Shown here piece by piece: positions 30,682 to 40,264 of a stretch of DNA of 64,000 nt. A program made the position numbers and the translations under genes. Below the pieces are notes generated by a model. That model was given only the letters and a program-made list of their open reading frames with translations. It was not told the DNA's origin and did no database searches. Origin of the DNA: an uncultured Pseudomonadales bacterium. Lineage in GTDB: Bacteria > Pseudomonadota > Gammaproteobacteria > Pseudomonadales > JAUIET01. The stretch is from assembly GCA_964352475.1 (NCBI GenBank), contig CAYGSL010000004.1, positions 73,737 to 137,736 on the forward strand, read 5' to 3'. Position 1 is the first letter of the stretch, and every line of letters starts with the position of its first letter.

Positions 30682-31365
30682 ATGCTTACGCTGGAAGACA
30701 ATTTCACAAAACTTCAGAATCGCATTGAAAATGCGTGCAATCTGGCATCAATTAGCGCAAATAATGTGCAATTAATTGCTGTGAGCAAACGCCACAGTGT
30801 GGATAAAATGAAAGCGCTGTATGCATTGGGCCAGCGCCACTTTGCCGAAAACTATTTGCAGGAAGCACTGGAGAAGCAAACTGCGCTTGAAGACCTGGAT
30901 ATATGCTGGCATTTCATAGGCCATATTCAGCGCAATAAAACCAGAGCACTGGCCGAGCAGTTTGACTGGGTGCACAGCGTGGACCGAATCCAGATTGCTG
31001 CACGCCTGTCGGAGCAACGCCCAAATCACTTGCCTGCACTGAATGTCTGTTTGCAGGTCAACATAGACTATGAGCAAAGCAAAAGCGGATTTACACCTGA
31101 GCATATCCCGGAGGCATTTGCACAAATCATTGAGCTTCCCGGTTTGTCGCTGCGCGGCCTGATGGCCATTCCCAGCGCGTCTGCAGAACCGCGGCAACAA
31201 GCTGACTCCATGCGAAGAATGCAACAGCTGTTCAGTGACCTGCAGGGACCGGCAAATTTCGATACCTTATCAATGGGCATGTCCAGAGACCTGGAGATTG
31301 CCGTTCAAGCCGGTGCTACAATGCTGCGCGTTGGTGAGGCCTTGTTTGGGCCGCGCCACAACTAA
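30682..31365 (+). CDS. yggS: YggS-family pyridoxal-phosphate homeostasis protein
   Basis: The track ORF starts at a TTG (30619). The ATG at 30682 (MLTLEDNFTKLQNRI...) gives a typical ~227-aa YggS, with LIAVSKRHS containing the PLP lysine and HFIGHIQRNK. Confidence 0.85.
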   Translation: MLTLEDNFTKLQNRIENACNLASISANNVQLIAVSKRHSVDKMKALYALGQRHFAENYLQEALEKQTALEDLDICWHFIGHIQRNKTRALAEQFDWVHSVDRIQIAARLSEQRPNHLPALNVCLQVNIDYEQSKSGFTPEHIPEAFAQIIELPGLSLRGLMAIPSASAEPRQQADSMRRMQQLFSDLQGPANFDTLSMGMSRDLEIAVQAGATMLRVGEALFGPRHN

Positions 31366-31389
31366 AAGACACTGGAGTCTGGCAATATC

Positions 31390-32214
31390 GTGGCAAATGA
31401 TCCTCGCATCGCATTCATAGGCGCTGGCAACATGGCTAACGCCATTATTGGTGGCCTGCGCGCCAGAGGCGTGAGCGCAGACCGAATCATTGCGGCTGAT
31501 CCGTATCAGCCAAGCCTGGACAGTTTGCGTGAACAACACCGCGTGGAGAGCGCTGCTGATAATGCGGCGGCGGTTGCAGGCGCCGATGTGGTGGTGTTAG
31601 CCGTAAAGCCACAGGTGCTGGAAGCGGCCGTTAGCGAGATCAGAGACAGCGTGTCTGACTATTCTCCACTATTGTTGTCTATTGTTGCTGGCATCAGCGT
31701 AGCCAGCATGGAATCCTGGCTTGATGGTCCGCAGGCTATTGTACGCAGCATGCCAAACACGCCTGCGCTGGTACAGTGCGGAGCAACCGCTCTTTTCGCC
31801 AACTCGCAAGTGAACGACGAACAGCGAAATTACGCGGAGTCTATCGCCTCGGCAATAGGTATTACTGCCTGGGTAGAAGAGGAATCACTGCTTGATGCAA
31901 TAACCGCCATCTCCGGTAGCGGGCCTGCTTACTATTTTGCGATCATGGAAACCATGCAATCCATAGCCGAAGATATGGGCCTGGACGCTGAGTTGGCAGA
32001 GCGCTTCGTGCATCAAACCGCGCTGGGTGCGGCGCAAATGGCGATTAATAGCGATGTGGATGTGGGCGAGTTACGACGCCGTGTCAGCTCACCCGGTGGT
32101 ACAACACTGGCCGCGCTGGAACAATTTGAGGCAGGCAATCTGCACGGTTTGTTCGCAACTGCGCTTGAAGCCGCACGGCAACGCGCACAAGATATGGCCA
32201 AAGAGTTTGGTTAA
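31390..32214 (+). CDS. proC: Pyrroline-5-carboxylate reductase
   Basis: 274 aa from a GTG start, with the IAFIGAGNMA Rossmann motif and C-terminal SPGGTT. Confidence 0.92.
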   Translation: MANDPRIAFIGAGNMANAIIGGLRARGVSADRIIAADPYQPSLDSLREQHRVESAADNAAAVAGADVVVLAVKPQVLEAAVSEIRDSVSDYSPLLLSIVAGISVASMESWLDGPQAIVRSMPNTPALVQCGATALFANSQVNDEQRNYAESIASAIGITAWVEEESLLDAITAISGSGPAYYFAIMETMQSIAEDMGLDAELAERFVHQTALGAAQMAINSDVDVGELRRRVSSPGGTTLAALEQFEAGNLHGLFATALEAARQRAQDMAKEFG

Positions 32215-32242
32215 AGAACCGAATAAGCAAGAGGTTAGGTAA

Positions 32243-32830
32243 ATGGAAGTAGCGTCTGATATAGGCACGTTTCTGGTTCGCAGTGTAATGATGCTGTTTT
32301 TACTGGTAGTTATGATCAGGGTCTTGTTGCAAGTTGCGCGAGCAGATTTTTACAACCCGATTTCGCAAGCGATCGTTAAGATCACCAATCCGCTATTGCT
32401 GCCGCTACGACGCATTATTCCCGGCTTTGGCGGCCTTGATATGGCGGGCATTGTGTTGGCATTACTGATCCAGATCCTTGCCATCATTCTGTTGTTTAGC
32501 ATGAATGGTTTTGGCTTTCCGCCAGTGGTGAACATGATTGCCTGGGCCGGTCTCGGATTAATTGCACTGATCCTGGATATCTACTGGGTGATGGTGCTGG
32601 TCGGTATCGTTGCATCATTTATAGCACCGTTCAACGATCACCCGGCGCTGTTGCTGATTCGCCAGTTCACTGAACCCGTGCTGGCACCGTTTCGCAAACT
32701 GCTGCCTGCCATGGGTGGTCTGGATTTATCGCCAATTCTGTTTTTTCTGGCCTTGGGGGTGTGTGAAATTTTGCTCGCCAATGGTGCTGCAGCCATCGGT
32801 GTGCCGCGGTCTCTGGTGCTCGGCTTCTAG
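32243..32830 (+). CDS. yggT: YggT-family integral membrane protein
   Basis: 195 aa with multiple TM helices and duplicated YGGT-like repeats ([15 protein letters not shown] and [16 protein letters not shown]). Confidence 0.85.
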   Translation: MEVASDIGTFLVRSVMMLFLLVVMIRVLLQVARADFYNPISQAIVKITNPLLLPLRRIIPGFGGLDMAGIVLALLIQILAIILLFSMNGFGFPPVVNMIAWAGLGLIALILDIYWVMVLVGIVASFIAPFNDHPALLLIRQFTEPVLAPFRKLLPAMGGLDLSPILFFLALGVCEILLANGAAAIGVPRSLVLGF

Positions 32831-32838
32831 GAATAACT

Positions 32839-34002
32839 GTGTCTGATTTTCCAGCCGACTCTGTTGGGCTTGTAACGCCCCGGACCTTTCATTATGAGCA
32901 GGCGTTTGAACTGGCCTGCGGCCGCACTTTGGCTGGTTTTGAGCTGGTTTTTGAGACCTATGGCGAACTTAACAGCGATGCCTCTAATGCGCTGCTGGTT
33001 TGTCATGCACTGAGCGGCCACCATCATGCAGCCGGCTATCACAGTGTTGATGACAGAAGACCAGGCTGGTGGGACAGTTGTATAGGGCCAGGTAAACCAT
33101 TTGATACGAATAAGTTCTTCGTGGTCAGCTGCAATAACATAGGCGGTTGCCACGGCAGTACTGGTCCAAGCAGCATCAATCCGGAAACAGCTCAGCCCTG
33201 GGGTAGTGATTTCCCACCGCTAAGAGCCAGAGACTGGGTGAACTCTCAACTGCTGCTTGGCCAACATCTAGGAATTGATTGCTGGGCCGCGGTTGTTGGC
33301 GGCAGTCTGGGTGGCATGCAAGCCATGCGCTGGGCGCTGGAGTACCCGGACAAGCTCAAGTACGCGATAGTTATCGCATCAGCCATGAAGCTCACGGCGC
33401 AAAACATTGCCTTTAATGAAACCGCCAGGCAGGCGATCACGTCTGACCCCGGTTTCGCCAATGGCGATTACCTGAAGTCCGGTTCGCGTCCAAAAGATGG
33501 CCTGGCATTGGCGCGGATGATCGGACACATCACCTATCTGTCTGATGAAAGCATGGGTAAGAAATTTGGCCGTGAGCTTCGCTCTGGCACATTTATGCGC
33601 GGCAGTGATGAAGACATTGAATTTCAGGTTGAAAGTTATCTCCGTCATCAAGGCGAGGTGTTCTCGGATAATTTCGACGCCAATACCTATCTGCTGATGG
33701 GGCGAGCACTGGATTATTTTGATCTGGCCCGCGAATACGACGACGATCCGATCGCGGCATTTGAAAATGCACAATGCGATTTTTTGGTGGTTTCCTTCAC
33801 TACCGACTGGCGATTTGCGCCTGAGCGCTCGCGCGAAATTGTAGAGGCTCTATTGGGTGCACGAAAAAACGTGAGTTACGCCGAGATTGAAGCCAAAGAA
33901 GGTCATGATGCCTTTCTTATGCCTGTGCCCCGATACATTGATGTGCTGAACAGTTATATGCGGCGCGTATCCTCGGCCACAGAGCAAGGGAAAGGCTCAT
34001 GA
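32839..34002 (+). CDS. metX: Homoserine O-acyltransferase (MetX)
   Basis: 387 aa from a GTG start, with CHALSG, the nucleophile GGSLGGMQA and a late HDAFL. Acetyl versus succinyl specificity cannot be determined by eye. Confidence 0.9.
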   Translation: MSDFPADSVGLVTPRTFHYEQAFELACGRTLAGFELVFETYGELNSDASNALLVCHALSGHHHAAGYHSVDDRRPGWWDSCIGPGKPFDTNKFFVVSCNNIGGCHGSTGPSSINPETAQPWGSDFPPLRARDWVNSQLLLGQHLGIDCWAAVVGGSLGGMQAMRWALEYPDKLKYAIVIASAMKLTAQNIAFNETARQAITSDPGFANGDYLKSGSRPKDGLALARMIGHITYLSDESMGKKFGRELRSGTFMRGSDEDIEFQVESYLRHQGEVFSDNFDANTYLLMGRALDYFDLAREYDDDPIAAFENAQCDFLVVSFTTDWRFAPERSREIVEALLGARKNVSYAEIEAKEGHDAFLMPVPRYIDVLNSYMRRVSSATEQGKGS

Positions 34003-34589
34003 AGTATGAACACTCAGTCCTTGAGCAATGGATAACGCCTGATTCGCGTGTGCTTGATCTGGGTTGTGGCGATGGATCACTACTGGCGTTTCTTAAGCGC
34101 AGCCGTTCTGTGCACGGATGCGGTATCGAAATTGACCCCAGCCTTATCAGTGATGCAATTGCCAGCGGCGTAGATGTTTTGGAAAAGAACATTGACGACG
34201 GCCTGGACGTGTTTGGTGACAACAGTTTCGACACGGTTGTAATGACCCAAACACTGCAAGCGATTCGTTATCCTGATCGGGCGCTTGTCGAAATGCTCAG
34301 AGTTGGACGAGAAGGCATTGTTACCTTCCCCAATTTTGCGCATTGGCGCTGCCGCTGGCATTTGAACTTTCATGGCCGAATGCCCGTATCAGAATTTATG
34401 CCTTACAGTTGGTATGACACACCGAATATTCATTTCTGTACGGTGAAAGATTTTGAAGACCTGTGTACCACCTTGTCGATACGCATTCTCGACCGGGAGT
34501 ATCGCAGCGAGCACAACAGTTTCGAGCCATTAGTGCAAGGCATGCCTAACTTGTTCGCAAGCCATGCAATCTACCGAATTAGCCTATGA
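33999..34589 (+). CDS. metW: Methionine biosynthesis protein MetW
   Basis: 196 aa methyltransferase-like fold ([12 protein letters not shown]). Its start overlaps the metX stop by 4 nt. Confidence 0.88.
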   Translation: MKYEHSVLEQWITPDSRVLDLGCGDGSLLAFLKRSRSVHGCGIEIDPSLISDAIASGVDVLEKNIDDGLDVFGDNSFDTVVMTQTLQAIRYPDRALVEMLRVGREGIVTFPNFAHWRCRWHLNFHGRMPVSEFMPYSWYDTPNIHFCTVKDFEDLCTTLSIRILDREYRSEHNSFEPLVQGMPNLFASHAIYRISL

Positions 34590-35035
34590 ATATTCTGCGA
34601 ACAATCACCTTAGTCTGTTCACTTTGTTGCGCCGCATCGCTTGCCCAGGCTGAGCAGAAAGAAGTTTTTGGCGATTATGAGGTTCATTACAGTATTGTGC
34701 CAACAAGCTTTATTCCACAGGAAGCCGCTCGCGCCTATAAGATAGTTCGCGCGGGTAATCGCATGTTGCTGAATATTTCCGTGCGGCGACTTACCCCTGA
34801 CGACCCACTGAATGAAACTGCCGCACAAGCTGCGTTTGTATCGGCGATACGTCATGACCTGATGCGCCCTTTTACTCTTGATTTTAATGAAATCAGGGAA
34901 CCTGGTGCCATCTATTACGTGAGCGACTTCCCTGCAATAAACGAAGAGCTTTCTCGCTTCAAAGTTAATGTGCAGGTTCCTGAACAGCCACTATTCGAAT
35001 TCGAATTCGTTAAAAAAATGTACGTGGAAAAATGA
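34586..35035 (+). CDS. Secreted DUF4426-like protein
   Basis: 149 aa with a signal peptide (LVCSLCCAASLAQA). Its position between metW and rdgB matches the conserved hypothetical found there in Pseudomonas. The family assignment is from memory. Confidence 0.55.
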   Translation: MNILRTITLVCSLCCAASLAQAEQKEVFGDYEVHYSIVPTSFIPQEAARAYKIVRAGNRMLLNISVRRLTPDDPLNETAAQAAFVSAIRHDLMRPFTLDFNEIREPGAIYYVSDFPAINEELSRFKVNVQVPEQPLFEFEFVKKMYVEK

Positions 35036-35640
35036 CGTTGCAGCCAGGCAGTGAGATTCTGATTGCCAGTTCCAATCCCGGAAAGCTACGTGAGTTCGAA
35101 CGAATTTTTTCGGCGATAGATGTGCACTGCAGACCACAATCTGAATTTGCTATTGATGACGCTGTAGAAGATGGCCTCAGTTTTGTTGAGAATGCAATAA
35201 TCAAGGCGAGGCATGCTGCAAAACAATCGGGTCTTCCGGCACTTGCTGACGATTCCGGTTTGGAAGTTCCCGCTCTGAATGGTGCGCCCGGCATTTACTC
35301 CGCGCGTTATTCTGGAAGTGATGCGACTGATTCCAGCAACAACGCGGTACTACTGGACAATATGCGCGAACTGAAAGGCGAGCAGCGGCGCGCTTGCTTC
35401 CAATGCGTGCTCGTGTTGATGCGTCATGAACTGGATCCCACTCCTTTAATATGCCAGGGCACCTGGTGGGGAAGCATTCTTGACCAGCCACAAGGAGACC
35501 AGGGCTTCGGCTATGATCCTTTGTTTTACGTGGCCGAGGAACAATGCACCTCTGCACAATTGCCATGTGACCGCAAGAATCAGATCAGCCACCGCGGGCG
35601 TGCACTTCAATTGCTGATCAAGCATCTTGCCAAACAGTGA
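35032..35640 (+). CDS. rdgB: dITP/XTP pyrophosphatase
   Basis: 202 aa with SNPGKLREF, DDSGLEV, FGYDPLF and SHRG. Confidence 0.92.
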   Translation: MTLQPGSEILIASSNPGKLREFERIFSAIDVHCRPQSEFAIDDAVEDGLSFVENAIIKARHAAKQSGLPALADDSGLEVPALNGAPGIYSARYSGSDATDSSNNAVLLDNMRELKGEQRRACFQCVLVLMRHELDPTPLICQGTWWGSILDQPQGDQGFGYDPLFYVAEEQCTSAQLPCDRKNQISHRGRALQLLIKHLAKQ

Positions 35641-36797
35641 GCGAGATTCCTGCCGGCATTTACATCCATATTCCGTGGTGCGTGAGAAAGTGTCCTTACT
35701 GCGATTTTAATTCACATGAGTTTGGCGGCGAGCTTCCGGAAAACCGTTACTTACCGGCGCTGCAACAGGACATAAGCGCAGAAGCGAATAGATTCCATGG
35801 AAGGGAAGTCAGCAGTGTGTTTTTTGGCGGAGGCACACCGAGCTTGTTCAGTGCTGCAAGCATTCATCGAATTCTCGATTTAGTGGCAGCCAACTTCCGG
35901 GTTGCTGCCAATCTGGAAGTAACACTGGAAGCAAACCCCGGAACGGTTGAGCAAGGAAAATTTTCTGCGTTCAGAGCAGCCGGCGTGAATCGAGTATCAC
36001 TGGGCGTGCAAAGCTTTGATGACCGTCACTTGCAATCATTGGGACGGATACACACAGCGGGTGAAGCGCAGCGTGCCATTGGCTCAATTATTGATGCCGG
36101 TTTTGAGCGTTGGAATATCGATCTTATGCACGGTTTACCGGAGCAAACTCCGGCGCAAGCAATCACTGATTTGGAAACAGCGCTGTCGTTCAAGCCGTCT
36201 CACGTTTCCTGGTATCAGCTCACCATCGAACCTAATACTGTTTTTTACAGCACGCAACCAGGCCTACCGGGTGACGACACTCTTGCCGATATTCAGAGCG
36301 CTGGTCATGCCTTGTTGGCGTCCAGCGGACTGATGCAATACGAAGTATCAGCTTATGCAAAACCTGGGCAACGTTGCCAACATAATCTTAACTACTGGCA
36401 ATTCGGAGATTATGCAGCGCTGGGGGCAGGCGCGCATGGAAAGTTTTCATCTGCTCATTCACACGAACTTAAGGTCGACCGTTACTGGAAGCAGCGGCAG
36501 CCCAATACCTACATCACTGATGTGAACAAGGAAGCCGGCAGCCGCACTTTAAGCGAGCAAGACTTGATCTTTGAATTCATGCTGAATGCACTCCGCTTGA
36601 TTGAGGGTTTTGATACGCAATTGTTCGAAGCTAGAACCGGACTGCCATACTCATCAGTGGCAGCCGATATCAACGATCTGCTCACCGAAGGCTTACTTGA
36701 AAAAGATCAGCAGCGAATAGCGGCCACAGCTTTGGGGCAGAGATTTCTAAACGACGTGACCGCTCGTTTTCTGAGTGAGCAAGAAACTTTGCAATGA
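35637..36797 (+). CDS. hemW: Radical SAM heme chaperone (HemN-like, oxygen-independent coproporphyrinogen oxidase family)
   Basis: 386 aa from a GTG start overlapping the rdgB stop. Carries the CxxxCxxC cluster motif (WCVRKCPYCDF) and a HemW-type C-terminal domain. Confidence 0.88.
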   Translation: MSEIPAGIYIHIPWCVRKCPYCDFNSHEFGGELPENRYLPALQQDISAEANRFHGREVSSVFFGGGTPSLFSAASIHRILDLVAANFRVAANLEVTLEANPGTVEQGKFSAFRAAGVNRVSLGVQSFDDRHLQSLGRIHTAGEAQRAIGSIIDAGFERWNIDLMHGLPEQTPAQAITDLETALSFKPSHVSWYQLTIEPNTVFYSTQPGLPGDDTLADIQSAGHALLASSGLMQYEVSAYAKPGQRCQHNLNYWQFGDYAALGAGAHGKFSSAHSHELKVDRYWKQRQPNTYITDVNKEAGSRTLSEQDLIFEFMLNALRLIEGFDTQLFEARTGLPYSSVAADINDLLTEGLLEKDQQRIAATALGQRFLNDVTARFLSEQETLQ

Positions 36798-37612
36798 GCA
36801 CGGCTTTGTTCCCCAAATCAGGTTGGGTCAAGTTCGACCACGATTCTAAGCTGGCTAGCTGGCAACAACTTGCCTTGCCTGCTGCGATTGAAAGCGTAAC
36901 GTCCGAGCACAACAAACAGTGGCATAGACAACAAGGAACCTGGTTTGTAGGCGTCAATGCTTTACCCAACGATGCACAAGGCAGAATTGCCGGAAGTAAA
37001 GCGCTGAGTGGTGCCGCAGTCAACTTCCTGCGGCGATATGTTCAATCTGCATTTGGAATACTAGATTTAACATCGACTGGCATTGAATGGGATCGCGCAC
37101 AAGTTTCCGTCTGCTACCCGGATTATCCCAAAAAGAGCCCGGAAGAGTCTGACACTGCGCACCTGTTTCGCTTGCAACATGATGCCGCGCATGTGGATGG
37201 CCTGCTGAGAGAGCGCGGAAGCAAAGCCCGTTACCTAAGGGAGCATCATGCGTTCATTCTGGGTATTCCCTTGTCCAAATACAGCGCTAATGCAGCGCCT
37301 TTTGTAGTTTGGGAAAATTCTCATACTATAATCCAACAGCGTTTACGAGAGCGGTTTAGCGAGGTACCTGTTCAGGATTGGCATAATGAAGACATTAGCC
37401 AGGCCTACATTCAGGCGCGCAGAGAGGTATTTACCGTTTGCGATCGTAAAGAAATCTACGCACAACCCGGGGAATCATTTGCGGTGCACAGATTGGCAGT
37501 GCATGGCATGGCGCCTTGGGCGAAGCATGCCAGCAGTGATTCAAGCGGCCGTATGATCGCCTATTTTCGACCGCAAATTATTGATGCCTGGCAATGGCTG
37601 AACGCCAAGTAG
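36794..37612 (+). CDS. Hypothetical protein. Possible Fe(II)/2-oxoglutarate-dioxygenase-like fold, which is speculative.
   Basis: 272 aa ORF whose ATG overlaps the hemW stop (ATGA). No family recognised. The pattern H133-V-D135 ... H232/H237 ... R253/R259 resembles an HxD...H...R triad. Confidence 0.5.
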   Translation: MSTALFPKSGWVKFDHDSKLASWQQLALPAAIESVTSEHNKQWHRQQGTWFVGVNALPNDAQGRIAGSKALSGAAVNFLRRYVQSAFGILDLTSTGIEWDRAQVSVCYPDYPKKSPEESDTAHLFRLQHDAAHVDGLLRERGSKARYLREHHAFILGIPLSKYSANAAPFVVWENSHTIIQQRLRERFSEVPVQDWHNEDISQAYIQARREVFTVCDRKEIYAQPGESFAVHRLAVHGMAPWAKHASSDSSGRMIAYFRPQIIDAWQWLNAK

Positions 37613-37626
37613 GCGCCTGGCGATAC

Positions 37627-38319
37627 CTATTGAATCTTTTGCCGGTTCAGGTGGCCAACCTTCACGTAGATCAGAGCGCCATCTTCTTTTGTATAGGGTT
37701 TATGTTTGCTTAAGTGCGGGCTGCGCAGCCAGCTCCCCTTTGGGTAGGCGCCGTGCTCATCGTGAAACGTGCCTTCCAGCACAAGAATCTCTTCGCCACC
37801 CCAATGAGTATGTTCATTAAACTGTGTGTTCGGATCCCATTTAACCAGGGCAACGCTTTCACCTTCATATTCATGCAGAGGCATAACTGAGAGACCGGGT
37901 ACAAGTCCGGGGCGCCACTTGGTGGTAGCGGTGTCTATCCATTTCTGCTCCTGATCATCCAACTCAAACTGCTGCAACTTAACAAATATGGTAGTCCCTT
38001 CTGGCCCAACCCTGGGTGTATGCGCGGTACCAATCGGGTTTCGTACATAAGAGCCGGCGTGATAGTCCGCGTGCTCATCAGAAAATACTCCGTCAAGCAC
38101 AAAAAACTCTTCGCCACCGCTGTGAGCATGCGATGAAAACTCGCTATTTGGCGCATAGCGAACAATACTGGTTGCCCTGGCTACCTCGTCACCCACTCGG
38201 TCCAGCATCATGCGTTCAACGCCCGGCATAGGTGACAGTACCCACCGATAATCTGCCGGTCTTACGACGGCTCGCTCATCGAAGTTGGCGTTGATACGTG
38301 TTTCTTTCTGGCTTGACAT
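37627..38319 (-). CDS. Bicupin protein (ChrR-type cupin domains)
   Basis: Two tandem cupin repeats, each with SxHxHxGGEE(F/I)xVLxG...H (SSHAHSGGEEFFVLDG and NEHTHWGGEEILVLEG). The likely start is the ATG at 38319 (MSSQKETRIN...). The 62-codon upstream extension in the track (to 38505) is Cys/Trp-rich and looks non-coding. Confidence 0.7.
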   Translation of the reverse strand: MSSQKETRINANFDERAVVRPADYRWVLSPMPGVERMMLDRVGDEVARATSIVRYAPNSEFSSHAHSGGEEFFVLDGVFSDEHADYHAGSYVRNPIGTAHTPRVGPEGTTIFVKLQQFELDDQEQKWIDTATTKWRPGLVPGLSVMPLHEYEGESVALVKWDPNTQFNEHTHWGGEEILVLEGTFHDEHGAYPKGSWLRSPHLSKHKPYTKEDGALIYVKVGHLNRQKIQ

Positions 38320-38484
38320 AAACTGACTCCATGCTGGTATTTCTGTATTCGGGCTTGAAGCCTGCTGAAATGACTTTGATAGCCACAATACACAAAAGTT
38401 GCGCGACCTCCGACTGCTTATTAAAACGTGCACCACCCAAAAGTCACCCGATTCAGGCTCTACACGCGAATATGTAAAGCAAGC

Positions 38485-38513
38485 TTGACACCAAAGTAGG
38501 CACACATTATAGT
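38485..38513 (+). promoter_or_regulatory. Near-consensus sigma70 promoter, TTGACA-N17-TATAGT, for the membrane-protein/XRE operon
   Basis: TTGACA at 38485-38490, a 17-nt spacer and TATAGT at 38508-38513. An AGGAGG Shine-Dalgarno (38528-38533) lies 6 nt before the ATG at 38540. Confidence 0.55.
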
Positions 38514-38539
38514 AAAGCTTCCTTTACAGGAGGTGCCTC

Positions 38540-38953
38540 ATGGAACAAGTTAGTTACAAACAAGCGCAGCGACGTTATATCCGGATTTTTTGGCCTGTTA
38601 TGGCCGTATACATTGTTACCTGCTTTGCAGGGCCTGCATTGATAGCTGTCGTAGACCCGCAACCAACATGGTTTAAACCGGTAATCGCATTGTTGACCGC
38701 ATCACCACTAGCCATTGTTTTCTGGCTATTGCTAAGACACATACGCGAAACTGACGAGTACACTCGTAGTCAAATGGTATCTGCCATACTGCCGGCTGCC
38801 GCCATCACTCTAGCGTTAACGTCATTCTGGGGATTTATGGAAATCTACGGCGTTGTAATGCTGCCCGAAAGAGTGTCGGCGATGTTCTTTGTTAGCCCAA
38901 TCTTCTTCGGCCTTTGGGCTATGATTCATCGCATCAAAAGTGCCCACTCATAG
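38540..38953 (+). CDS. Small integral membrane protein (4 predicted TM helices)
   Basis: 137 aa with four hydrophobic stretches (IFWPVMAVYIVTCFAGPALIAVV, VIALLTASPLAIVFWLLL, ILPAAAITLALTSFWGFMEIY, MFFVSPIFFGLWAMI). Strong SD. The stop overlaps the start of the next gene. Confidence 0.6.
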   Translation: MEQVSYKQAQRRYIRIFWPVMAVYIVTCFAGPALIAVVDPQPTWFKPVIALLTASPLAIVFWLLLRHIRETDEYTRSQMVSAILPAAAITLALTSFWGFMEIYGVVMLPERVSAMFFVSPIFFGLWAMIHRIKSAHS

Positions 38954-39147
38954 TGAAGAACGCTCTAAAAGAGCTACGGAAAGATCGCGGTTGGAGTCAG
39001 GGAGATCTAGCCGATCAACTGGGTGTATCCAGACAATCAGTCAATGCCATTGAAACAGGGCGTTATGACCCGTCGTTACCACTGGCGTTCAAGATCGCCC
39101 GGCTATTTGGCTGCGGTATTGAGGATGTGTTTCAGGAAGACGATTAA
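38953..39147 (+). CDS. Short XRE-family helix-turn-helix transcriptional regulator
   Basis: The GTG at 38953 overlaps the upstream TAG by 1 nt (TAGTG). The 64-aa product LKELRKDRGWSQGDLADQLGVSRQSVNAIETGRYDPSLPLAFKIARLFG is a canonical Cro/C1 HTH. The track ORF (38914) extends upstream in the same frame. Confidence 0.8.
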   Translation: MKNALKELRKDRGWSQGDLADQLGVSRQSVNAIETGRYDPSLPLAFKIARLFGCGIEDVFQEDD

Positions 39148-39848
39148 TCTAACCGGAATATTAAATCCCAGACCCCATGACCAAGCTGCGTACCGCGACG
39201 CTCAAATTTGGTTTCGGGTCGGAATTCCGGTCTTGCAATAAACTGTGATTTTCTAGCGCTGTTTTTCCACTCGGTCTGTTGTTCCAGCAGCTCCAGACAA
39301 TACTCTGCGTAGGGCTGCCAATCGGTTGCTATGTGCAGGCTAGCTCCGGACTTGAGCCTTGTGCTCAGTAAATCCAGGAACGACTGTTGAACAATACGGC
39401 GCTTGTGATGGCGCTTCTTCGGCCAAGGGTCCGGGAAATAGAGTTGCAATCGGTCAATGCTTTGAGGGGGAAAGCATTGGTTCAAAACCGCTATTGCATC
39501 GGCTCGGTATACGCGCAGGTTTGACAAACCATGCTCGCTGGCACCGGCTAGCAGACGCCCCACACCAGGCGTGTGTACCTCTATGCCTATAAAGTCTCGC
39601 CCAGGATCTGCCAACGCCATTTCCAGCAAGGAGTCACCCATGCCAAAACCGATTTCAACGACCAGTTCCGCTCGTCGGCCAAATAATTCTTCAGGCGCGA
39701 TCAAGCCTTGCTCAAGCTCCAGTCCGAATTGCGCCCAGTTAGCCTCCAGCGCTTCAGACTGAGCCGCTGTCATACGGCCGGTACGCAATACAAAACTGCG
39801 GATGGCGCGGTGATTTTCTGGCTCGTCCTTGTTTTGAGCGGAGGTCAC
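39144..39848 (-). CDS. trmB: tRNA (guanine46-N7)-methyltransferase
   Basis: 234 aa with FVLRTGRMTAAQ, IGFGMGDSL and FPDPWPKKRHHKRR. Confidence 0.92.
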   Translation of the reverse strand: MTSAQNKDEPENHRAIRSFVLRTGRMTAAQSEALEANWAQFGLELEQGLIAPEELFGRRAELVVEIGFGMGDSLLEMALADPGRDFIGIEVHTPGVGRLLAGASEHGLSNLRVYRADAIAVLNQCFPPQSIDRLQLYFPDPWPKKRHHKRRIVQQSFLDLLSTRLKSGASLHIATDWQPYAEYCLELLEQQTEWKNSARKSQFIARPEFRPETKFERRGTQLGHGVWDLIFRLD

Positions 39849-39867
39849 GTGCTATCGCTGCCTGAAA

Positions 39868-40257
39868 CTAAGACACTACCGTGAGGCGATACGCAGCGTT
39901 TGCCAACATCGCCCAGCCGGCAATGAAGCACAAACCACCCAAGGGCGTAACTGGGCCAGGCCAGCGCATATCTGTTAGGGTTAGCAGGTAGATTGATCCG
40001 GAAAACAACACGATGCCGGCAAGAAACAGACGCGCCGCCCAATCGAGAGATGCAACGTCACGAAACTGCAGAAGTAGCACGCCTGTTAGCACCAGAGCCA
40101 AGGCATGGAACATTTGATATTGAACGCCTGTTTGAAAAGCCGCTAGCGATTCCGCAGAAAGACGCGCTTTTAATGCGTGCGCACCAAATGCGCCAAATAC
40201 AACGGCAAAAAGGCCGGACAAACTGCCGGCCATTAGCGCAAATTTTGCCATGTTCAA
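39868..40257 (-). CDS. DUF423 (YgdD-like) membrane protein
   Basis: 129 aa with four TM helices and the N-terminal GAFGAHAL motif typical of DUF423. Confidence 0.75.
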   Translation of the reverse strand: MNMAKFALMAGSLSGLFAVVFGAFGAHALKARLSAESLAAFQTGVQYQMFHALALVLTGVLLLQFRDVASLDWAARLFLAGIVLFSGSIYLLTLTDMRWPGPVTPLGGLCFIAGWAMLANAAYRLTVVS

Positions 40258-40264
40258 CAGCCCT

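Noticed and set aside
38320-38505. A 62-codon N-terminal extension of the bicupin ORF, starting at the GTG at 38505.
   Set aside because: The extension (MCLLWCQACFTYSRVEPESGDFWVVHVL...) has no cupin similarity. It would run through the divergent promoter region of the neighbouring operon. The ATG at 38319 gives a compact two-cupin protein.
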